Shown: positions 1 through 9,847, counted from the stretch's first letter. The stretch is DNA of 64,000 nt from an uncultured Verrucomicrobiota bacterium (GCA_964555645.1 CAZKTA010000007.1:66991-130990), one strand, 5' to 3'. The notes: generated by a model from the sequence alone, not told the origin. Translations and numbers: made by a program.

Positions 1-385
1 TAAACGCGCCGGGTGACTTGACTTCCGATGCGCGCTCGAGCCGCACAACCCGAACCGGCGGCAACAACCAGCAAAATACAGCCAAGCCGACAAGCACAAC
101 CAGAATTCGCAAAAACCGGCGCATGTTCACCTGGCTTGCTGGATGGACGGCTCGGGCTTAACAGCACGCGTCATTCGCAGAGACGGTTCAATTGGACTGG
201 TAACGCATGCGACTTGCGTGGCGTGAGGCCCGACCTGGCCCCGCGGCCTTAGCCCCGACCTCGGCTGTGCCAGGCCGCGGACGACATGATCCTGAAAAAG
301 AAGTTTTCGGCTAGCCGCCGAAAACCGCACGCCAGAGGCGTACGCTTCCACGCCGATCACTTTGTGTTGTGCCACACGCACCGCG

Positions 386-1375
386 TTACTCCTTTCGGCC
401 GTAGCCAGAGTACAAGTGCACATTGTCTTGAGTAACAAGCTCCACCTGCACGGGCACCTTTTGCGGGAAATCGCGTCTGCCTTTGAAATATTCGTCGGCG
501 AACTCGGCTGCCATACGCGCCATTGTTTTCGGGAACTGCATGCCTGTTGCTTCGATCTTCTTTTCTGCGATCAGGCGAATAACGTCTTCGGCACCGTCGA
601 ATCCGAAGACTTTAACCTGTTTGTCTTTGCCGGCTGCAACCAATGCCTGGTACGCACCCATGGCCATGGCGTCGTTGCCGCAAAACACAGCATCAATGTC
701 AGGGTGAGCCTGTAAGATTGATTCCATTACCTCGAGGCCCTTGGCGCGGTCGAACTCGCCGCTTTGCTGGGCTGCCATCTTCAAACCCGGATAACGGTCA
801 ACAACGCTGTGAAACCCGCGCGACCGGTTCCAAGTATTGTTATCTCCAACGATGCCGAGCAGCTCGGCGTACTTTGCGTTTGTGCCGACCCGTTGCACAA
901 AATACTGTCCCAACGCAACGCAGCCCGAGTAGTTGTCAGACAAGATCTGTGCGGTGGCTGCGTCGGTAGCGTTGATCTCGCGGTCAATGCAAAATACAGG
1001 TATGCCGACTGCCTGTGCTTTGCGCACGTTTGCAATCGAGCCATTTGCATCGGTTGGATTAAACAGGATGGCATCGTACCGCGCCGCGATTATGTTCTCG
1101 AAATGCGCTGCCTCACGCGCAGTGTCATTTTGTGAATCGAACACGGTTGCGTCGTGCCCGAGCTCGACCGCGCGTGCCTTGGCTGTCTCAGCAAGCACAA
1201 CAAACCACGGGTTGTTCAATGTCGAAATAACGATTGCAATTTTGCGTTTGCCAGGTGGCTTGGATGTTGGCTCACCCGGCGCCGCTTGCTCAGCTTTCGG
1301 TTTGCATCCTGTACAAAACGCAAAGACAATGCCAAGCGCCACTGCACACATTACTCGGATAGGTTTCATTCTCAT
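386..1375 (-). CDS. Periplasmic sugar-binding lipoprotein, PBP1/RbsB-like ABC substrate-binding protein
   Basis: 329 aa. N-terminal lipoprotein-type signal (..FAFCTGCKP). Body resembles ribose/galactose-type binding proteins ([47 protein letters not shown]). No ABC permease or ATPase gene lies next to it. Confidence 0.8.
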   Translation of the reverse strand: MRMKPIRVMCAVALGIVFAFCTGCKPKAEQAAPGEPTSKPPGKRKIAIVISTLNNPWFVVLAETAKARAVELGHDATVFDSQNDTAREAAHFENIIAARYDAILFNPTDANGSIANVRKAQAVGIPVFCIDREINATDAATAQILSDNYSGCVALGQYFVQRVGTNAKYAELLGIVGDNNTWNRSRGFHSVVDRYPGLKMAAQQSGEFDRAKGLEVMESILQAHPDIDAVFCGNDAMAMGAYQALVAAGKDKQVKVFGFDGAEDVIRLIAEKKIEATGMQFPKTMARMAAEFADEYFKGRRDFPQKVPVQVELVTQDNVHLYSGYGRKE

Positions 1376-1421
1376 GTTCAGTCTGGTTCGGTTATTTAGT
1401 GTACTTCCGGTTTGAACAGCT

Positions 1422-2903
1422 TCACAACACGCGTTTGACAGCCTGTACCCAACCCGCGTGCAACTGCGCAGCTATTGCAGCGGGCATCTGCGGCCGGTAG
1501 ATCTGCACCTGACGCGGCAGCGCCGCCAACTCCTCGAGCGATTTGCACAGCCCAAGCCCGAGCAGACCGCACATGCCGGCACCGCATGCGGACGACTCTG
1601 GCACGTCCGACACACGCAACTCGACGCGGGTCAGGTCTGCCGTAAATTGCATCAAAAACCTGTTCTGGGTCGGCCCACCATCGGCGTAGAGGCTTTGCAC
1701 CGCTACGCCGGCATCAGAACGCATCATATCAAGTACGTCGCGTATCTGGTAGGCAATTGATTCAAGCGCAGCGCGCACAACATGCTCGCGCCGTGTGTGC
1801 GCTGTCATGCCAAGAATTGCCGCGCGCGCGTTAGCCGACCAGTAAGGTGCACTCAAGCCCGCAAACGCAGGCACTAGATATACCCCACCATTGTCGGGTG
1901 CACTTGTGGCAAGTTGCTCGACTTCACTGGTGTCCCGGATCAATCCGAGCTGGTTTTTGAGCCACTCGATTGTGGCAGCGGAAAAATTGATAATGCCTTC
2001 GAACGCATAAGTTGGCTGACCGCGCCAAACCCAGGCAAGTGCTGTAACGGCACCCTTCTGAGCTACACGCAATTCACCGCCGATGTTCAGCAGCACGCTT
2101 GTGCCGGTGCCAAACGTTGCTTTGGCCATGCCGGGTTGATAACACCGCTGCGCAAACAAAGACGCCTGTGAATCGCCCATCACACCGATAATTGGGACAC
2201 GTTTCGGCAAGGCACCACACGCGTCTGTTTCGCCGAACTGCGCCGCGCTTTCGCGCACCTCGGGCAGCGTGCGCACCGGCACATCGAACAGCCGGCAAAG
2301 CGCCTCATCCCAACGCAGTTTGCCGATGTCAAACAGCAACGTGCGGCTTGCGTTGGTGTGGTCGGTCGCAAACACCGCGCCGGCTGTTAGCCGGTAGATT
2401 AGATACGTATCAATTGTGCCGATACGCGCTGCGCTCGTTTGCAGCTTAGCGGCGATGTCTGGGCGCTCGTTTATTAGCCATTTGAGCTTCGAAGCCGAAA
2501 AATACGTGTCGATCTTCAACCCTGTCTTGCGCCGCACCGGTTCCTGCCAGTCTTCTGTGACAAGTTTCTGGCAGATCGGGTCACCGCGTCTGTCTTGCCA
2601 CACAAGTGCATTGTGCAACGGTTTACCAGTGGCTTTGTCAAACACAACAACCGTCTCGCGCTGGTTTGTGATGCTCAGACACGCAAGCTTGTCGAGTTCT
2701 GCCCAATGCCGCTGGGCCACATCGTGAATCACGGCTAGTGTATTTTGCCAAATTTCCTCCGCGTCGTGTTCGACCCAGCCCGGCTGCGGGTAGATCTGCC
2801 GGTGCTCACGCGTGGCCTTGTCCAGCACACGGCCCTGAGCGTCAAACAGCACGGCTTTGGTGGCGGATGTACTTTGGTCAAGCGCAAGGATTATGGGACT
2901 CAT
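1422..2903 (-). CDS. FGGY-family carbohydrate kinase, glycerol-kinase-like
   Basis: 493 aa, alignable by eye to GlpK along its whole length ([97 protein letters not shown]). The operon context argues for a sugar or ketose substrate rather than glycerol. Confidence 0.85.
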   Translation of the reverse strand: MSPIILALDQSTSATKAVLFDAQGRVLDKATREHRQIYPQPGWVEHDAEEIWQNTLAVIHDVAQRHWAELDKLACLSITNQRETVVVFDKATGKPLHNALVWQDRRGDPICQKLVTEDWQEPVRRKTGLKIDTYFSASKLKWLINERPDIAAKLQTSAARIGTIDTYLIYRLTAGAVFATDHTNASRTLLFDIGKLRWDEALCRLFDVPVRTLPEVRESAAQFGETDACGALPKRVPIIGVMGDSQASLFAQRCYQPGMAKATFGTGTSVLLNIGGELRVAQKGAVTALAWVWRGQPTYAFEGIINFSAATIEWLKNQLGLIRDTSEVEQLATSAPDNGGVYLVPAFAGLSAPYWSANARAAILGMTAHTRREHVVRAALESIAYQIRDVLDMMRSDAGVAVQSLYADGGPTQNRFLMQFTADLTRVELRVSDVPESSACGAGMCGLLGLGLCKSLEELAALPRQVQIYRPQMPAAIAAQLHAGWVQAVKRVL

Positions 2904-2916
2904 TGGACAGATGTAA

Positions 2917-3468
2917 CTAATTGCGTGCGGCGAGCCGGGCGCAGCTCATGCGCTCGCGCTGGCCGCCTTGATGGAAAAAATCCTGCTCCAATTGCTGTTC
3001 CAGCCGATCAAGCAAATAGTTGAGTTGGTGCGTCAGGCAAATGGCAATGTTCGCTACCACATCGTCGGAACGCGTTTGGCCAAGCTGGCGAAAGTTTTCA
3101 TAAGTAAGTTTAGATTTGTGTCCGAGCTCCCGCACAAATGCAGCCTCTTTGTCGTTCTTGTCCCAAATGCGTAATTCACGAACGCAAAGGTAGTCTTCGC
3201 GATCTTTCGGCAATTCCTCCAGACTGCTGCGAGCTGTGTTTACCGACTTGATGTCGGCTTCTTTGGATGCGCCAGCAAGAGCAGACGCTTCAGATAAGTT
3301 TTGTTTGACCGAGAACGCGGTCTGAATCTTTTGGTCAACGGTGCGGGCGCTTTTGGTGATAAATATTTGGCAGAAGAGAAACGTGATGCCGTAAACTATG
3401 TCGGTCTTTTGATAGGCCAGCAGGTTGCAGTAACCGCCGTGGGGCAGAATCAAACCGTGTGGTTCCAT
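2917..3468 (-). CDS. Four-helix-bundle protein (23S rRNA intervening-sequence protein family) with C-terminal suffix region
   Basis: 183 aa. I recognise the family from the N-terminal part (YQKTDIVYGITFLFCQ) and a helical C-terminal part (VANIAICLTHQLNYLLDRLEQQLEQDF). It sits 3 nt downstream of the transketolase C subunit and 13 nt upstream of the kinase gene. Confidence 0.55.
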   Translation of the reverse strand: MEPHGLILPHGGYCNLLAYQKTDIVYGITFLFCQIFITKSARTVDQKIQTAFSVKQNLSEASALAGASKEADIKSVNTARSSLEELPKDREDYLCVRELRIWDKNDKEAAFVRELGHKSKLTYENFRQLGQTRSDDVVANIAICLTHQLNYLLDRLEQQLEQDFFHQGGQRERMSCARLAARN

Positions 3469-3471
3469 AGG

Positions 3472-4485
3472 TCACATGGGTCGCAATGGACTTGTAATTT
3501 TTTCGGCTGCGTCAGCTAAGCTTTCCATGCTTATTCCGTAGTGGCGGAACACTTCCCCTTGACTGCCTGTAACAGTTTGTTCGTCGGGTATGCCAACTAT
3601 CCGCATAGGCACATTTACACCAGCTTGCACCAGCACTGCCGCGCATGCCTCGCCCAGGCCGCCGTGAACACTGTGTTCCTCGACCGTAATTATCGCGCGG
3701 CACTGCCGGCCTGCATCCAGTATCGCCTCGACGTCCAAGGGTTTGACTGTGTGCATGCTCAGCACACGTGCGCTTATGCCGCGCTCGGCCAGGTACGCAG
3801 CCGCTAGCAACGCATGCACAACTGTCTCACCCGTCGCAATGAACGCGACGTCTGTGCCATCTCGCAGCAAAATTGCACGTCCTATTTCGAATCGCGTCTG
3901 TGGAGGGTGCAAGTTGAACATTGGCGCCTTGCCGAACCTGAGAAACACAGGGTGCCGTGCCTGCGCCGCTGCGCGCACGGCCTCGCGCGTCTCGAAATTA
4001 TCAGCAGGGACTATGATAGTGATGTTGTGGATTGCGCGCAGTGCCGCAATGTCGTGCAACGAGTGATGTGTACTGCCGAGCGCGCCGTAGCTGACGCCGG
4101 CGCTTATGCCCACCAGCACAACCGGCACATCCGAATAGCACACGTCGTTTTTGATCTGTTCGAGCGCACGCGCGGTTAGGAAACACGACGGCGAGGTTGC
4201 AAATGGTTTTTTACCACATGCGGCTAGACCGGCGGCTATCCCGACCAGATTTTGCTCGGCCACACCGACCTCGATCAATTGAGTCGGCAACGCATGCGCA
4301 AACGGCCAGAGCTTGCCCGAGCCGCGTGAATCGCTCGTAAGCGCAATTATGTTCCGATCCGCGCGTGCAAGCTCGATCAACGTGGCGGCGTACTCGTCCA
4401 GGTTCGCTTGGCCGAGCTGCAGGCCTAGTCGCGCAAGCTGTGTCTGCGCAGAATCGGAAAATAGCGGTGTGACGGGAGCGCTCAT
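3472..4485 (-). CDS. Transketolase, C-terminal (pyrimidine-binding) subunit of a split transketolase
   Basis: 337 aa (IALTSDSRGSGKL, EVGVAEQNLVGIAAGLA, PFATSPSCFLTARALEQI, VVLVGISAGVSYGALGSTHHSLHDIA). Its start overlaps the stop of the N subunit (ATGA at 4482-4485). Confidence 0.85.
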   Translation of the reverse strand: MSAPVTPLFSDSAQTQLARLGLQLGQANLDEYAATLIELARADRNIIALTSDSRGSGKLWPFAHALPTQLIEVGVAEQNLVGIAAGLAACGKKPFATSPSCFLTARALEQIKNDVCYSDVPVVLVGISAGVSYGALGSTHHSLHDIAALRAIHNITIIVPADNFETREAVRAAAQARHPVFLRFGKAPMFNLHPPQTRFEIGRAILLRDGTDVAFIATGETVVHALLAAAYLAERGISARVLSMHTVKPLDVEAILDAGRQCRAIITVEEHSVHGGLGEACAAVLVQAGVNVPMRIVGIPDEQTVTGSQGEVFRHYGISMESLADAAEKITSPLRPM

Positions 4486-5315
4486 GCAGCTTGCAGCAGT
4501 TTGGCTTCGGCGGCATCAAGCTCGCGTAACGCGCGCTCGAGCTGCTGTTGGTTTGGCACACCATGATGCCACTTCGGATCGTGTTCCATGAAGCTGACTC
4601 CCTTACCCTTGATCGTTTCGGCTATTACACAAGTCGGTTTCCCGGGCACGGGTGGCTGACTCAAAACCGTGGTCAGCTCCGGAATGCTGTGTCCGTCGGC
4701 GGTGTGCACGGTCCAGCCGAAGGCGGCGAACTTGTCGGCCAACGGTTCGGTGCACATGACCTGGCGCGTTTGCCCCGTGATCTGCAGACCGTTGTGGTCA
4801 ACGATTGCGATCAGGTTATCGAGCTTGTAGTGCGCTGCTGCCATTGCAGCTTCCCAGTTCGACCCTTCAGCAAGCTCGCCGTCACCCAACAGTGTGAAGA
4901 CGCGCCAGGGCGCATTGTCCATTTTGCTTGCCAGCGCCATGCCTACGCTGATCGAAAGCCCGTGGCCGAGTGCGCCTGTGTTCATCTCGATGCCTGGTAC
5001 CTTGCGCGTCGGATGCCCAATAAAACGCGATTTGTACCGGCACAATGTCAGGAGGTCTGCTTCAGGAAAGAATCCGCGATCAGCAAGCACCAGATACAAC
5101 GCTTCGACCGAGTGGCCTTTGCTTTGCACGTACCTGTCCCTGTTCGGGTCGCGCGGGTTCGACGGGTCAACCCGCAGCACGCAGTTGTACAACACAATCA
5201 AAATGTCAAGGCACGAAAGGTCACCCCCGGTATGGCCGGCGCCGGCATGGTAAATAAGCGCTAAGAGCCGTTTCCGCAGTTGAAGCGCCTTGATCTCAAG
5301 CTCGCGCGTGTTCAT
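4482..5315 (-). CDS. Transketolase, N-terminal (TPP-binding) subunit
   Basis: Motifs GAGHTGGDLSCLDIL, SKGHSVEALY, GALGHGLSISVGMA, LLGDGELAEGSNWEA. I place the start at the MNTRELE ATG (5315), which forms an ATGA overlap with the upstream stop at 5312. The tracked ORF extends to 5360. Confidence 0.85.
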   Translation of the reverse strand: MNTRELEIKALQLRKRLLALIYHAGAGHTGGDLSCLDILIVLYNCVLRVDPSNPRDPNRDRYVQSKGHSVEALYLVLADRGFFPEADLLTLCRYKSRFIGHPTRKVPGIEMNTGALGHGLSISVGMALASKMDNAPWRVFTLLGDGELAEGSNWEAAMAAAHYKLDNLIAIVDHNGLQITGQTRQVMCTEPLADKFAAFGWTVHTADGHSIPELTTVLSQPPVPGKPTCVIAETIKGKGVSFMEHDPKWHHGVPNQQQLERALRELDAAEAKLLQAA

Positions 5316-6778
5316 GCCTCGACCGATGCTGCGTTTGGCCGGTGTCGGTACACTTGCCAACCCATGTAGTTGCCGAGCGCCTCGGCCAGCACATCTGCCG
5401 TGTGCGAGATCGTGATTGCCACGTGATGTTCGAAGCCGCGCTTACATACATGTTGCATGAGCTGTTGCAACTCCGGCACATGCGCAACTGCGCGCGCGCC
5501 GAATGTGTCAAGCGGGTCATTTGTGAGATGGCCTTCAGCAACGTATGCGCGGATACACCCCTCGGCATCTGCAGTGGTGATCCTGCCGAAAGTGACCGGC
5601 CCAGCCGGGGTCCGGCCGGCTAATGCACCCCAGGTGTTTTGTTCACCCACAACAGTGCCGAGGATCGGCGCGGTGCTGATGGTTGCATCTGGCAGGAACG
5701 CCTGCGCCCAGTTGCCGCAGTGAAACAACACGCATTTATCGTTTTCATCGCCGTAATTGTTGTTCCAATCCACAAGCGCAGCAGGCGCCTCGGCTGCCAG
5801 TTGCATAGCGTACATTGTCAATGTGCCGGTCAGGTCAACCTCACATGCGCTGGGCATGAACCGTTGGCTGAACATGCTCATGACTGTGCAAAAGTTACAG
5901 CCGTAGTTTGCTTGAACAGATGTCCAGCACTGGACCGCAGTTGCATCCAGGTCATTCGCCTGCATCCATTGATCAAGCACAACAGCCAGCTTGGCTAGTA
6001 GTTCCAGCTTTTGTGCAGGCACGCCGTTTGTTCGAGTGTAATTCTTTATTTCAGTCAATGCAGCCTGAACTTCGGGGGTGGAACGATCAAGCTTTTCAGC
6101 CTTCGAAAGGATCTCCGACAGGTCTACCGTGGTAACACTTATGCCGTTGCGTTCGAGAATTTTTTCCGAGTACCGCACTGTGTTGAACGCGCCCGGCCGC
6201 GCGCCGACTGCGCCAAGCCGTACCCTACGCAGTCCGTTTACTACGCGGCACACAGCCAGGAAATTCTTCAAGTCTCGCTCGAAAAGCTCTGTACCCGGAT
6301 GCACAACATGTTTCCGTGTCAGTGTGAATTTGATACCGGCCTGGACCAGGTTGTTGCACACCGAGATTTTGCCGCACCACGCATCCCGCCGATGCGCAAC
6401 ATCAAGCTGCCGCAGATCGTCCGGGTAGGCCTGCACGAGTACGGGCACGTTCAAGTTGGCCAGACGCAGCGTTTCTAAAACACCCTTTTCATCGCCGAAG
6501 TTGGGTAGGCACACCAGCACACCGTCAATTTCCCCAGCGTGTCTGCGGAATAATTCGGCGCACTTACGTGCATCTGCTAGCGTCTCGACGCCGCCGAGCT
6601 TGGTGTCTGTGGGCTCGAGTTGAATAGCGCGCACGCCAAGTTTGGTAAACACAGCCGACACATCCGCTCGTGCCTCGGCAACAAGGTGGTCCGGGAAAAA
6701 ATCCCGATTCCCGTAAATCACGCCTAAGACGGGCTTGTGCAGTTTCGTTTTCATGCGCTCAAAAATGTTCAGTGCCAA
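5312..6778 (-). CDS. L-fucose/L-arabinose isomerase-like sugar isomerase family protein
   Basis: 488 aa. The N-terminal layout is typical of this family (VLGVIYGNRDFFPDHLV, GVLVCLPNFGDEKG). First gene of the operon. Confidence 0.65.
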   Translation of the reverse strand: MALNIFERMKTKLHKPVLGVIYGNRDFFPDHLVAEARADVSAVFTKLGVRAIQLEPTDTKLGGVETLADARKCAELFRRHAGEIDGVLVCLPNFGDEKGVLETLRLANLNVPVLVQAYPDDLRQLDVAHRRDAWCGKISVCNNLVQAGIKFTLTRKHVVHPGTELFERDLKNFLAVCRVVNGLRRVRLGAVGARPGAFNTVRYSEKILERNGISVTTVDLSEILSKAEKLDRSTPEVQAALTEIKNYTRTNGVPAQKLELLAKLAVVLDQWMQANDLDATAVQCWTSVQANYGCNFCTVMSMFSQRFMPSACEVDLTGTLTMYAMQLAAEAPAALVDWNNNYGDENDKCVLFHCGNWAQAFLPDATISTAPILGTVVGEQNTWGALAGRTPAGPVTFGRITTADAEGCIRAYVAEGHLTNDPLDTFGARAVAHVPELQQLMQHVCKRGFEHHVAITISHTADVLAEALGNYMGWQVYRHRPNAASVEA

Positions 6779-7013
6779 TTAATATACGCAAGTATGCAAG
6801 AAAACCACGCCGTAGTCAGCCATATTTAGTACGCAGCGCGGTTCAGCAAACACATGCGCCCAATTTTTAGGGCGCCTTACCACTGTTACAATTCCTCGGT
6901 TTAACCTTTCAGCGATTCGAGTCAGAAGGCCTTCGGGGTTTAACGATTCAAATATTTACCGGTTCAATGCTTCACCTGCGGCCATGCCAGCGGTTATTCG
7001 TTGTTAAAATTTC

Positions 7014-7027
7014 CTTGTGCACAAGGC
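7014..7027. promoter_or_regulatory. Perfect 14-nt palindrome CCTTGTGCACAAGG, 39 nt upstream of the decarboxylase ATG (candidate operator)
   Basis: Read directly from the sequence. Located in the divergent spacer between the sugar operon and the decarboxylase gene. Function not established. Confidence 0.25.
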
Positions 7028-7065
7028 TGGAAGAGCCTAAACGCGGCGGTGCGAAATGCGAATTT

Positions 7066-8199
7066 ATGGACAAGAAACAACTCCAAGCACTTGCACGAAA
7101 ACACGGCACACCGGTGTTTGTAATTGACCACGACGTGATCCGGCGCAACTACGCTGAGTTCAAGCACCATTTGCCCAATGTGCAGGTTTATTACGCTGTC
7201 AAGGCAAACCCAGCGCGCGAGATAATCCGCACATTGTACCGGCTCGGGTCGAGTTTTGACGTTGCGTCATTACAGGAGTTCATGCTCGTGTATGGGTTCA
7301 TCAAACATTTGCCACCCAAACAACGGCAGGATTTTATCTGGGACAAGATTATCTATGCGAACCCAGTCAAACAAAAAGAGACACTGACAGCGTTGGACCG
7401 GTACAAACCGCTTGTGACCTATGACAATCTGACCGAGCTGAAGAAAATCAAGCAGTACGCGCCTCATGCTGGGCTAGTGCTGCGTTTGCGCGTGCCGAAC
7501 ACAGGCTCGATGGTCGAACTGTCGTCGAAATTCGGGTGTGACCCCGGCGAGGCAGTTAGCCTGATCAAGGCTGCGTTTGACGTTGGGCTTGTAGTGGAGG
7601 GGCTGAGTTTTCACGTGGGCAGCCAGTGCACAAACTTCCAAAACTATGTTCAGGCACTTGAGGTTGCCGCTGCAGTAATGAACGAAAGCAGGCAACGCGG
7701 CTATGAAATCAAGCTGCTCGATATTGGAGGCGGGTTTCCAGCACCGTACAACCGGCACGTACCGTCGTTTAGTGAGCTTGCACGCGTGCTCAAAGCCGAG
7801 ATAGCGCGGTTGTTCCCCGACAACATTCAAATTCTTGCCGAGCCGGGCAGGTTCATCGTCGCGTCCGCGGCTGCGTGCGTTGCACGCATCATTGGCAAAG
7901 CCGTGCGCGACGGCAAGACATGCTACTACATTGACGACAGCGTGTATCACACGTTCAGCGGTGTGATTTTTGATCATTGCCGGTACGAGCTGAAAGCGTT
8001 TAAGCGTGGTAAAACCGAGCTGTGTGCTGTGTTCGGCCAGACTTGCGACGGTTTGGATGTGATCTCGCAATCTGAGCGGTTGCCCGAGCTTGATTTTGAC
8101 GACCTTGTTTACGCTGAGAACATCGGCGCGTACAGTCATGCATCCTCCACCTGGTTTAACGGTTTCCCGCCCGCCAAGGTTGTGCACGTGAATCAGTAG
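7066..8199 (+). CDS. Group IV (alanine-racemase-fold) PLP-dependent decarboxylase, ornithine/lysine decarboxylase-like
   Basis: TPVFVIDHDVIRRNY, YYAVKANP (PLP lysine), FDVAS, GLSFHVGSQ, LDIGGGFP, EPGRF, FGQTCDGLD. I place the start at the MDKKQLQ ATG (7066). The tracked ORF start at 6967 adds an implausible extension. Confidence 0.85.
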   Translation: MDKKQLQALARKHGTPVFVIDHDVIRRNYAEFKHHLPNVQVYYAVKANPAREIIRTLYRLGSSFDVASLQEFMLVYGFIKHLPPKQRQDFIWDKIIYANPVKQKETLTALDRYKPLVTYDNLTELKKIKQYAPHAGLVLRLRVPNTGSMVELSSKFGCDPGEAVSLIKAAFDVGLVVEGLSFHVGSQCTNFQNYVQALEVAAAVMNESRQRGYEIKLLDIGGGFPAPYNRHVPSFSELARVLKAEIARLFPDNIQILAEPGRFIVASAAACVARIIGKAVRDGKTCYYIDDSVYHTFSGVIFDHCRYELKAFKRGKTELCAVFGQTCDGLDVISQSERLPELDFDDLVYAENIGAYSHASSTWFNGFPPAKVVHVNQ

Positions 8200-9302
8200 T
8201 CTGCGGCGAGTGTGGCTGATGCGTGCGCAAGGCGGCGCTTGATTTGGCCAATAGCCCAGTCTGCATGCTCGGCGAGAAGCATATCGTGCCCAGCGGCTAA
8301 GCGCGCGAGCGCAGGTAAAGCTGAAGTATTCCCCGTGTTGCCCAGCGCGACGCACGCGTTGCGTTGCAAGCCGCGTAGCTTGGCGCGTGCAATCGGGGTT
8401 GAGCTGAAGACACGGTCAAATTCGGGTTGATCGATCGAGAGCAGGCTCAGAAGGTCAAGCGCTGCGAGGTCTGGTCGTGCATGCGGCTGCATTAGTTTGC
8501 CTGCGCGCACGAATCTGTTCCACGGACACGCGGCCAGGCACTCGTCGCAACCGAAGATATGTCTGCGGATTAGCGGTCTGAACTCTAGGGGTATGGCGTC
8601 CTTGTTTTCGATTGTCAGGTATGAGATGCACCGGCGCGCGTCGAGCTGAAAGGGCGCGACCAGTGCACCAGTCGGGCAAGCTGCAATGCACCTTGTGCAG
8701 TTACCGCAACGGTTTTTGGCTGGTTGATCAGGCTCAAGCTCGGCAGTGGTGAGTATCTCGGCTAAAAAAATCCAGTTTCCAAGGCTCGGGCTGATGAGGT
8801 TTGTATGTTTACCGATGAAGCCGAGTCCAGCACGCTGCGCAAGAGCGCGCTCGAGCAGTGGGCCGGTGTCAACGTACCAAGTTGCTCTTGTGCCTGCGCC
8901 GCCCAGTTTACAGACAAAATTTACTAGCTCTTGCAAAGGCCCCGCGAGAACGGCGTGGTAATCCTTGAACCTGGCGTACTGTGCCACTACACCGACGTGA
9001 GTTGGCGAGTCGGTGGCCGAGCAGACGCCGAGTGGTGTTCTGCCGGTAGGCGCACCCGGAGTGTTAGTAAAGTCCGGCAGCGCATAGCTCGCCGCAACCG
9101 TGATCACGGTGCGCGCGCCTGCAAGCACGCGTTGTGGATCGAGTCGTTTGCCGGTCATGCGTGCCAGGTATTCCATTTGCCCATGCCGGCCGTAGGCGAG
9201 CCATTGCATGAAATGTTCTGCCAGTTCAACCGGCGCGGCAGTTGTGAATCGGCAATCGTCAAACCCGAGCTCGAGTGCACGCTGTCGAATTGCCGATTTC
9301 AT
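8193..9302 (-). CDS. queG: tRNA epoxyqueuosine(34) reductase
   Basis: Two 4Fe-4S motifs (CGNCTRCIAACPTGA and CDECLAACPWN), a conserved N-terminal region (MKSAIRQRALELGFDDCRF) and a HEAT-like C-terminus. I place the start at 9302 (ATGA overlap with the aroK stop). The tracked ORF runs to 9530 inside aroK. Confidence 0.85.
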   Translation of the reverse strand: MKSAIRQRALELGFDDCRFTTAAPVELAEHFMQWLAYGRHGQMEYLARMTGKRLDPQRVLAGARTVITVAASYALPDFTNTPGAPTGRTPLGVCSATDSPTHVGVVAQYARFKDYHAVLAGPLQELVNFVCKLGGAGTRATWYVDTGPLLERALAQRAGLGFIGKHTNLISPSLGNWIFLAEILTTAELEPDQPAKNRCGNCTRCIAACPTGALVAPFQLDARRCISYLTIENKDAIPLEFRPLIRRHIFGCDECLAACPWNRFVRAGKLMQPHARPDLAALDLLSLLSIDQPEFDRVFSSTPIARAKLRGLQRNACVALGNTGNTSALPALARLAAGHDMLLAEHADWAIGQIKRRLAHASATLAADY

Positions 9303-9847
9303 TGGTGCGGTTGCGTGGGCGTAACCACAGACCGAAACTCGCGCAAGATATGCTGGGCAACTTCGGGCACTGAGCGTGTCTCGGTGTTCACCAACAGGTC
9401 GGCCTGCCGATAGAACGGCTCGCGCGCAGCCAGCAGCTCGCGGATTCGGCCCTGTGGATCGGGACATTGCAACAGTGGTCTGTGTGTTTGGTGTCGGACG
9501 CGTTCCCAGAGTGTGTTCGGCGTGGCCCACAGGTACACAACAAGTGCGTGCGTTTTAAGGTTATCGAGGTTCGCTTGGTTAGCAGGCAGCCCGCCACCGG
9601 TTGAAATGACGGTGTTACTGAGTCCCTTGAGGAGGTGGCACACGTTGCGTTCGTATTGTCTGAACACAGGCTCGCCGTCTTCAGCAAAGATTCGGCTGAT
9701 TGATTTGCCCGCTTGCGTTTCGATGAAATCGTCGGTGTCGAAAAAATTAAAGTGCAGCCACTCGGCGAGCAGTTTTCCGACGCTTGTTTTGCCCGAGCCC
9801 ATGAACCCGATCAATGCAATGTTGCGAATGTTGCGTTCGGCGTTCAC
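9299..9847 (-). CDS. aroK: Shikimate kinase
   Basis: 182 aa. Walker A GFMGSGKTSVG, FFDTDD, VISTGGG. Confidence 0.9.
   Translation of the reverse strand: MNAERNIRNIALIGFMGSGKTSVGKLLAEWLHFNFFDTDDFIETQAGKSISRIFAEDGEPVFRQYERNVCHLLKGLSNTVISTGGGLPANQANLDNLKTHALVVYLWATPNTLWERVRHQTHRPLLQCPDPQGRIRELLAAREPFYRQADLLVNTETRSVPEVAQHILREFRSVVTPTQPHQ

Noticed and set aside
241-280. Inverted repeat CCGCGGCCT..AGGCCGCGG downstream of the sugar-binding protein gene, considered as an intrinsic terminator.
   Set aside because: The stem is real (9 bp, with an inner AGCC/GGCT pairing), but no U-tract follows it on the minus strand, so I cannot call it a canonical terminator.
6967-7065. N-terminal extensions of tracked ORFs (decarboxylase 6967, queG to 9530, mdh 33705, deoxyhypusine synthase-like 39103, trmD 30170, rpsP 30708).
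   Set aside because: The conserved protein N-termini begin at internal ATGs, several of which form ATGA overlaps with the upstream stop. The extensions overlap neighbouring genes or add non-homologous sequence.
7474-8355. 293-aa ORF antisense to the decarboxylase gene.
   Set aside because: It lies entirely within and opposite a well-supported CDS, and its composition is typical of an antisense shadow ORF. The same reasoning applies to other long shadow ORFs: 4548-5264 (+), 11296-11862 (-), 33905-34594 (-), 46518-47135 (+), 47889-48485 (+), 52158-52850 (-) and 43813-44589 (-).
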